A model generated the notes under the pieces. That model was not told the origin of the DNA. It did no database searches and saw only the letters and a program-made list of their open reading frames with translations. This document shows, piece after piece, positions 25,593-30,860 of a DNA stretch of 30,860 bases. This DNA comes from a virus (taxonomy: Duplodnaviria > Caudoviricetes). Position numbers and translations under genes: made by a program. The stretch covers positions 1 to 30,860 of the IMG/VR virus record IMGVR_UViG_3300014208_001166; one strand, written 5' to 3'. The first letter of the stretch is position 1. Every line of letters begins with the position of its first letter.

Positions 25593-26147
25593 ATGGCTAG
25601 AGCACTTCTTCTAAATTCGACCTATGAACCGCTTCACTTCGTTAGTGATCATAGGGCTATCATGCTCTTGATCAAGGGACGTGTCGAGGTTGTAAATCCA
25701 AATGGTTCCACCCCTTCCGAATGGAACGAATACTTCACCTTTGGGAACGGTAAAATCAAGGTCCCCGCGACGTTGAGGCTATTGAATCGTGTCCATAAAA
25801 AGTGGAAGGTTCCTCGTTTTCGAAAGAAGGTGCTGTTCAACCGTGATAGCTGGTCATGCCAGTATTGTGGAAAGAAGCTCACCAATGATACTGCGGAGCT
25901 CGAGCACGTGATGCCATCATCACGTGGTGGTGCAACTTCGTGGTTGAACTGTGTGGCAGCATGTACACCATGCAACAAGTTCAAAGCGAATAAGACGCCT
26001 GATGAGGCAGGTATGAAACTCATCAAGAAACCGTCAATCCCGACAGCATTGCATTTTTGGGATTTGCATAGGTCAAACGTGTGGCATAACGATTGGGCGT
26101 ATTTCATCGATCCAGGAGCATTTCAGGGTGTCGTACCTGAAAAGTGA
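25593..26147 (+). CDS. HNH endonuclease (McrA-like)
   Basis: LLLN.TYEPL, RD.WSCQYCG, EHV.P.SRGG, W.N.V.AC..CN..K. Confidence 0.9.
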   Translation: MARALLLNSTYEPLHFVSDHRAIMLLIKGRVEVVNPNGSTPSEWNEYFTFGNGKIKVPATLRLLNRVHKKWKVPRFRKKVLFNRDSWSCQYCGKKLTNDTAELEHVMPSSRGGATSWLNCVAACTPCNKFKANKTPDEAGMKLIKKPSIPTALHFWDLHRSNVWHNDWAYFIDPGAFQGVVPEK

Positions 26148-26331
26148 TGAAATTTCGATTCTACGAGAGTTTATCAATGAAGCTCTCGTAGAATCGAAAC
26201 CATTCGACACCGATCTCGTGGATGATGCTTCATTTAAGAAGCAAAGTGCGTTTGTTCCTGATGATATTAAGAAACAAATAAAAGCGTGGGCGATAGAAAT
26301 GGGCCTTACAAAGAAGAAGCGTAAGCGATAA
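26128..26331 (+). CDS. Hypothetical protein with LREFINEALVE leader
   Basis: 67 aa, GTG start. Confidence 0.6.
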   Translation: MSYLKSDEISILREFINEALVESKPFDTDLVDDASFKKQSAFVPDDIKKQIKAWAIEMGLTKKKRKR

Positions 26332-26369
26332 ACTTTTCGAGGCACCTAATTAGCTTGCAGGAGACATAC

Positions 26370-27518
26370 GTGCACTTCAAGCTAGGTCAGCTTCAAGCTG
26401 TCGTCAAAAATGTGATCGCTGAGGAAAAAACGATAAGTTCATTACGTTCAGACATCTCAACGATGTTAGGACCGACAGTCATTGTTGAAGGTGATATCAT
26501 CGATGTCATCGATAACGCAAATGATATCCTCCGGGAACATGAACTACGTGGATCGCTGCAGTCACTGCAACGACCAAAAACTGCGGTTTTGTTGAAACTT
26601 TCGGAACACAAGAACCCCGAATTTAGAAAATTTGCCGCTCGGTTGTTACCTGAGAAACTTGTCATACGTCTGGCCAAGGACCGCGATCCTTCGGTCAGAA
26701 TTGCCGTAGCTGCTCGTGTTCCTTACGCGGTGCTTCAGGAGATGGTCAAGAATTTTTCAAGTGATGATGGGTTAAGAACCCTGTATCTGAAGCGTCGATT
26801 AAACGAGGGTGGCGTGAGTGATCCCAAAAAGGTTGATCCATTCATCTCGGTTAACAAGAAAAAATTGGGTGATGCCGGTAAAACAGATTCATACCAGGAT
26901 CTAAGCGATCAATGGTATGAGGATCGAGCCCGCGATTTTATCAAATTTTACGGAAACAACCTCGAAGGCTCCTGGGAAGAGACAGCAGCGCATCGATTTT
27001 GTAGTAGCATGAGAGCAACGAACGGTGTCATCGTTGATGAACTAAAGCTCTTAAAAAAGATCAAAGATCTCATCGAGGATCATGATGATTTCCTGATGAA
27101 AAAAGACGTGATGAAGGAATCACGTGAAGCGTTGCTCGCTTCATCGTTGTTCGAAGAATCATTCGTTGAAGAAGTTGATCAAGTTCGTGACCTATTGGTG
27201 AACAAACAATCGCATGATTCATACCTGATCAAGGCGAGCAAGGTTCTGAACGTTGAATTCCAACAGATGAAATTGGAGGTCACGACGAAGGCCGTCGACA
27301 GGTTTAACCTTGTCGAATGCACCTCACTGGTTGTTAACGTTCCAACACGATGTAAATTACCGCATGCTGAAGGTTTTAGATCGATCGACGAACGAGCACT
27401 CGACCTGTTCTGCGAATCGTGGAACTCAAAGCAGAGGATGAGAGGGATTACGGCCAAGGTATCATGGACGTATTCCGCTGATGACGATGCAGACGTTGAT
27501 TTCATCGTCTCGGAGTGA
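26370..27518 (+). CDS. HEAT/LRV-like repeat-containing hypothetical protein
   Basis: L..H.NPE.R..AA and LAKD.DP.VR.AVA repeats; GGAG SD before GTG 26370. Confidence 0.7.
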   Translation: MHFKLGQLQAVVKNVIAEEKTISSLRSDISTMLGPTVIVEGDIIDVIDNANDILREHELRGSLQSLQRPKTAVLLKLSEHKNPEFRKFAARLLPEKLVIRLAKDRDPSVRIAVAARVPYAVLQEMVKNFSSDDGLRTLYLKRRLNEGGVSDPKKVDPFISVNKKKLGDAGKTDSYQDLSDQWYEDRARDFIKFYGNNLEGSWEETAAHRFCSSMRATNGVIVDELKLLKKIKDLIEDHDDFLMKKDVMKESREALLASSLFEESFVEEVDQVRDLLVNKQSHDSYLIKASKVLNVEFQQMKLEVTTKAVDRFNLVECTSLVVNVPTRCKLPHAEGFRSIDERALDLFCESWNSKQRMRGITAKVSWTYSADDDADVDFIVSE

Positions 27519-28084
27519 TAAAAATGAAAACAAGACGATTGGTAGAATCATTTGAATTTAATCCGCCGGGTGCTCGACCAGCACAGGCATTTTCCGTGGG
27601 TGCTGATAATTTGATGTCAGCGTGGGGTAGCGTCGAGTACGGTGAATTAAGCTTGCTTCTCGTTAACATGAGAGCGCTTGTGATGATTCATCAAACGAAT
27701 CACTGGATTTCAAAAGGAAATCAATTCTATGGCGATCATCTTCTATTCCAGAGACTTTACGAAGAATCGAACGATGAAATCGACAGCATCGCGGAAAAAG
27801 CAATAGGCCTCGGCGGTCCTGATAACGTGAATTTACCACTTCAGGCACAGCAGGTTAACGAGGTGCTTCAATCGTACGGGCCCACATCAACAATCCCACA
27901 GGCTGGCGATCTTGCAAAAAGATCATTGACGGCTGAGGTAAGTTTTTTGAGGTGCGTTGCTCATTGCGTCGACTCCTTAAACGAGCACGGTTTGATGACG
28001 AGAGGATTGGACAACATGTTAGCGGGTATCGAGGACACGCATGAAGGTCATGTGTACCTTCTAAAGCAACGTTGTAAAGGTTGA
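27515..28084 (+). CDS. Ferritin-like / Dps-family protein
   Basis: HQ.NHW...G.QFYGDHLLF..LY....EID..AE, H....YLL. Confidence 0.8.
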   Translation: MIKMKTRRLVESFEFNPPGARPAQAFSVGADNLMSAWGSVEYGELSLLLVNMRALVMIHQTNHWISKGNQFYGDHLLFQRLYEESNDEIDSIAEKAIGLGGPDNVNLPLQAQQVNEVLQSYGPTSTIPQAGDLAKRSLTAEVSFLRCVAHCVDSLNEHGLMTRGLDNMLAGIEDTHEGHVYLLKQRCKG

Positions 28085-28087
28085 ACA

Positions 28088-28336
28088 ATGAAATTGTGGA
28101 TGGCTTTTACACCCGATCATCGTAGTGATCCGATTGGATTCGTTCGTGCTGAAACCGAGGATGAGGCATACGCAATCGCCATGAAGAAACTAGGACGGAC
28201 GTTCGTCGATAGTTACGGTCTACTACGTCAGGTTTCAACGAAGGAAAAAGCCGTCATCGTATCAAAGATGAAGGCTGAAATTAAACGCATGCAACGTCGT
28301 ATCGATAATCTCAATGAGATACTGTCGAGCCTATGA
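28088..28336 (+). CDS. Hypothetical protein
   Basis: 82-aa ORF, C-terminal coiled coil. Confidence 0.6.
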   Translation: MKLWMAFTPDHRSDPIGFVRAETEDEAYAIAMKKLGRTFVDSYGLLRQVSTKEKAVIVSKMKAEIKRMQRRIDNLNEILSSL

Positions 28337-28539
28337 AAACACGCATTAAAAACGTCGCCGGAGAAATTGAAAATTCTCGCGATGTTTATTTCGGTTGGTT
28401 GGAGTACTTTGATAAACACGAAGAATTTCCAACGCTTGAAGAACTTACTTCATGGTTAAAAACATCGGAATACGAACTTAGGAGATTGTGGCCTAAGATG
28501 CTGAAGATTGATGCTCGTGGGACCGTCATCAAGGCTTAA
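28333..28539 (+). CDS. Hypothetical protein
   Basis: ATGA overlap with upstream gene. Confidence 0.55.
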   Translation: MKTRIKNVAGEIENSRDVYFGWLEYFDKHEEFPTLEELTSWLKTSEYELRRLWPKMLKIDARGTVIKA

Positions 28540-28541
28540 AT

Positions 28542-28856
28542 TCAAACAGGCTCGATCATCGTTTTTGTTACCCAACGTTCCTCGCCGTCCTCGAATTCCA
28601 CGAGGTAGGCAACGAGATGCTTCATGATTGTTCCGTGACGACCAACCTCGATTGGATTTGAATCAATATCAGTTTCATTATCCTCAACGTTGCGGATCTT
28701 AACCTTGTCATCAATCAACGGGTTCCATTCGCCACGAGCAACGTCCTTTTCATCCATACGATCGTTATTCGCAAGATCGTTCAATATCTCTTCGTCGGGT
28801 TTTGATGCCTGCTCAAGAAGAGCTTGATACACCTTGAGAATCGTTCTGTTCGCCAT
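28542..28856 (-). CDS. Hypothetical protein with ALLE leader and SH3/KOW-like C-terminus
   Basis: DKVKI...G..G.I.....YLVEFEDG...WV; ATAATTA 5 nt upstream. Confidence 0.65.
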   Translation of the reverse strand: MANRTILKVYQALLEQASKPDEEILNDLANNDRMDEKDVARGEWNPLIDDKVKIRNVEDNETDIDSNPIEVGRHGTIMKHLVAYLVEFEDGEERWVTKTMIEPV

Positions 28857-28858
28857 GC

Positions 28859-28887
28859 TTGTAATTATTACACCAACGATGTATGAT
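28859..28887 (+). promoter_or_regulatory. sigma70-like promoter TTGTAA-17-TATGAT overlapping divergent ATAATTA motif
   Basis: -10 box ends 7 nt before ATG 28895. Confidence 0.5.
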
Positions 28888-28894
28888 CACTTCG

Positions 28895-29881
28895 ATGAAG
28901 TCTGTTTTGATCACCGGTTGTGCTGGTTTTCTTGGAAGCCATTTAGCGGCGCATCACCTAAATTCAGGTGATAAGGTCTTTGGTTTTGATAATTTTTCAT
29001 CATCAAGGCCAACATCGAAACACCTAGCTGCATTGATGGCTCATCAGTCGTTCAAATTTCAAAATTTGGATATCACCGACACATCACAATTTGATTCGAT
29101 GTGTGATATGTTCAACGATAACGAGTTGAACCAGAAATTTGACCTGATCTATAATTTTGCGTGTCCAGCGAGCCCACCGAGGTATCAATCGATTCCGATA
29201 GAAACGATGCTAACGTGCACCCTGGGCGTCAAAAACGTATTAAATCTCGCTCGGGTTTGCGGTGCACGTGTCGTGCATGCTTCAACTTCCGAGGTGTACG
29301 GAAATCCACAGGTTTCACCTCAATCGGAAGCGTATTTGGGTAATGTCAATTCATACGGCCCAAGAGCATGCTACGACGCTGGTAAACAGGCCGCTGAGGC
29401 TTTGTGCTACGACTACCTCAACAAATACAACGTTGATGTTCGATTGGTGCGGATCTTCAACACATACGGGCCAAACATGGATCCCGATGATGGTCGTGTC
29501 ATCAGCAATTTAATTTCTCAGGCCCTGAAAGGGCTTCCGATGACAATTTACGGTGATGGATCACAAACACGCAGCTTTTGTTACGTGGATGATTTAATCA
29601 AGGGCATCGTAAGCCTTTCCGAACTCAAGCAGAATCCAGGATCACCCGTAAACATAGGAAATCCAGACGAGTTCACAATGTTGGAACTCGCAAAAATCGT
29701 AGCAGAGAAAACGTACGGTGGAGATCCAATCATAGTTTTCAAAAAATTGCCGAAGGACGATCCTGAGCAACGTCTTCCCGATATTACGCTTGCTGAAAAT
29801 TTGTTGGGATTTAAACCAACGATCATGTTAGAGGAAGGTCTTGAACGTACAATTGAATACTTCAAGTGTGTTACTTTGTGA
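28895..29881 (+). CDS. UDP-glucuronate decarboxylase / extended SDR epimerase
   Basis: TGCAGFLGSH, ACPASP..YQ, STSEVYG, YDAGK, RIFNTYGP, GDGSQTRSFCYVDD. Confidence 0.92.
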   Translation: MKSVLITGCAGFLGSHLAAHHLNSGDKVFGFDNFSSSRPTSKHLAALMAHQSFKFQNLDITDTSQFDSMCDMFNDNELNQKFDLIYNFACPASPPRYQSIPIETMLTCTLGVKNVLNLARVCGARVVHASTSEVYGNPQVSPQSEAYLGNVNSYGPRACYDAGKQAAEALCYDYLNKYNVDVRLVRIFNTYGPNMDPDDGRVISNLISQALKGLPMTIYGDGSQTRSFCYVDDLIKGIVSLSELKQNPGSPVNIGNPDEFTMLELAKIVAEKTYGGDPIIVFKKLPKDDPEQRLPDITLAENLLGFKPTIMLEEGLERTIEYFKCVTL

Positions 29882-29890
29882 CCAAACAGG

Positions 29891-29920
29891 GTGCAAAATA
29901 CAATCATACTGTTGTATCAT
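29891..29920 (+). promoter_or_regulatory. sigma70-like promoter GTGCAA-18-TATCAT
   Basis: 6 nt before ATG 29927. Confidence 0.5.
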
Positions 29921-29926
29921 GAACGT

Positions 29927-30259
29927 ATGAAGGTATCTTTGGTTCACATCATGGTTGGAATCGCTGTCGTGGGAGGTGTTGGTATCGCGGGATGCACCTG
30001 CCTTGCGAACGTATCCGGTGCAAGTCACGACAAGGCTGAGACTGCGGCTAAGGCATGGGCATCCCAGATGGGATTTCAGGTGAAGGGTGTTTCATGCGCG
30101 AATATTGACTCTGATGGTGATGGATACGTTAGTTGTTCAGTGTCAACCGTGAATAAAAACAACGACATCGAAATTGTTCCGATCGAATGCGCGGCAGCGT
30201 ACACGCTGAACAGCGGGTGTCGGGTTGCTCGGGTGCTTCAACCCATGGGTGGAAAATGA
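29927..30259 (+). CDS. Exported/membrane-anchored Cys-rich small protein
   Basis: Hydrophobic N-terminus, C...DSDGDGYVSC, EC.......GC. Confidence 0.7.
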   Translation: MKVSLVHIMVGIAVVGGVGIAGCTCLANVSGASHDKAETAAKAWASQMGFQVKGVSCANIDSDGDGYVSCSVSTVNKNNDIEIVPIECAAAYTLNSGCRVARVLQPMGGK

Positions 30260-30860
30260 CCGTTTCAAGTAGGTTGCTTGATAGGGTCTGTTACGTTTTG
30301 CGTTCGCCCGAGCAGCTTAAGGATGTTTTTGGTAACGAATTCACCGTTAGTGATACGTTCCCATACGATCCTAAATCGAAGTCGTCACCTCACACTGCTG
30401 CTCGTTGGGGTAAACAAAGTCGTTGGGATCAATCCACGCGTACGTGGCACGAGTATGCGGAACCAACGATGATCGAGCGTGATAATGAGCCATTCAGCGT
30501 GAGAATCACGGGCCTTGATGTGCGTTCTGAAGGTGGCCGCGCCTACAAGGTCATCGATGAGGATTTTCGTCGGTTTGATCTCAGGGAGGATCAACTAATT
30601 GAGGCTTTCAAGCACGTCGGGGTTGAACCGGGAGGAAAGATTCCTGGAAAATTTGTGTGGGGTCTGTTGGGAAGTCAAACACGTCTCGTGTTTGTCGGTG
30701 GCGATCTACACCGTAAAATGGTCGAAAACACCGAAGCACTCAAGGTTCAGAAAAAGAATGTTGTTTTGATGGACAGGATGTTGAAATTTGGTCATGTTTA
30801 TAGGAAGCGTGATGGATTTGAGTACGTTTTCATCGGCCGCGTGAAAATTCCTGGTAACGA
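30256..30860 (+). CDS. Hypothetical protein (3' truncated by window; not in ORF track)
   Basis: ATG 30256 overlaps the upstream stop; frame MTVSSRLLDRVCY...RSEGGRAYKV...FDLRED... stays open to the end. Confidence 0.75.
   Translation, partial: MTVSSRLLDRVCYVLRSPEQLKDVFGNEFTVSDTFPYDPKSKSSPHTAARWGKQSRWDQSTRTWHEYAEPTMIERDNEPFSVRITGLDVRSEGGRAYKVIDEDFRRFDLREDQLIEAFKHVGVEPGGKIPGKFVWGLLGSQTRLVFVGGDLHRKMVENTEALKVQKKNVVLMDRMLKFGHVYRKRDGFEYVFIGRVKIPGN

Noticed and set aside
1-30860. Genome-wide stop-codon reassignment
   Set aside because: Long genes (824, 590, 387 aa) are intact in the standard code and TGA is the main terminator; only two isolated in-frame stops were seen.
1-30860. CRISPR array or long tandem repeats
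   Set aside because: No regularly spaced direct repeats seen; the CTGA 7-mers are short and irregularly spaced.

Overview
Gene-dense segment of a large (jumbo, T4-like architecture) bacteriophage genome, mostly on the + strand. Left part (1-12.6 kb) is a replication and nucleotide-metabolism block: RecA/UvsX-like C-terminus, dUTPase, 5'-3' exonuclease/RNase H, a gp41/DnaB helicase, class II RNR NrdJ, ThyX, thermonuclease, thymidylate kinase, MT-A70 methyltransferase and a MazG/dimeric dUTPase-like protein. The helicase is fractured at Walker A by an atypically split intein (47-aa IntN, 158-aa IntC) with a free-standing Vsr-type endonuclease gene between the halves. The rest is accessory: Hsp20, RlaP-like nucleotidyltransferase, fatty-acid hydroxylase, PNK/phosphatase, HNH-RNA ligase, ART-like, SpoT-type HD hydrolase, di-heme cytochrome c, phosphoesterase, DNA MTase, metzincin, HNH, Dps-like and UDP-glucuronate decarboxylase. 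The most striking unexplained feature is a self-contained unit at ~15.1-16.3 kb: promoter, a conserved uncharacterised protein gene with an in-frame TAG, a ~390-nt structured RNA with two circularly permuted, anticodon-less tRNA-like domains and recurring CUGA motifs, then a terminator. The next gene also has an in-frame stop, and RNA-repair enzymes lie close by. Two classes of apparently leaderless promoters and a shared N-terminal leader ending in L-x-E on several putative virion-packaged effectors are also visible. All protein calls come from motif recognition; no database searches were run.
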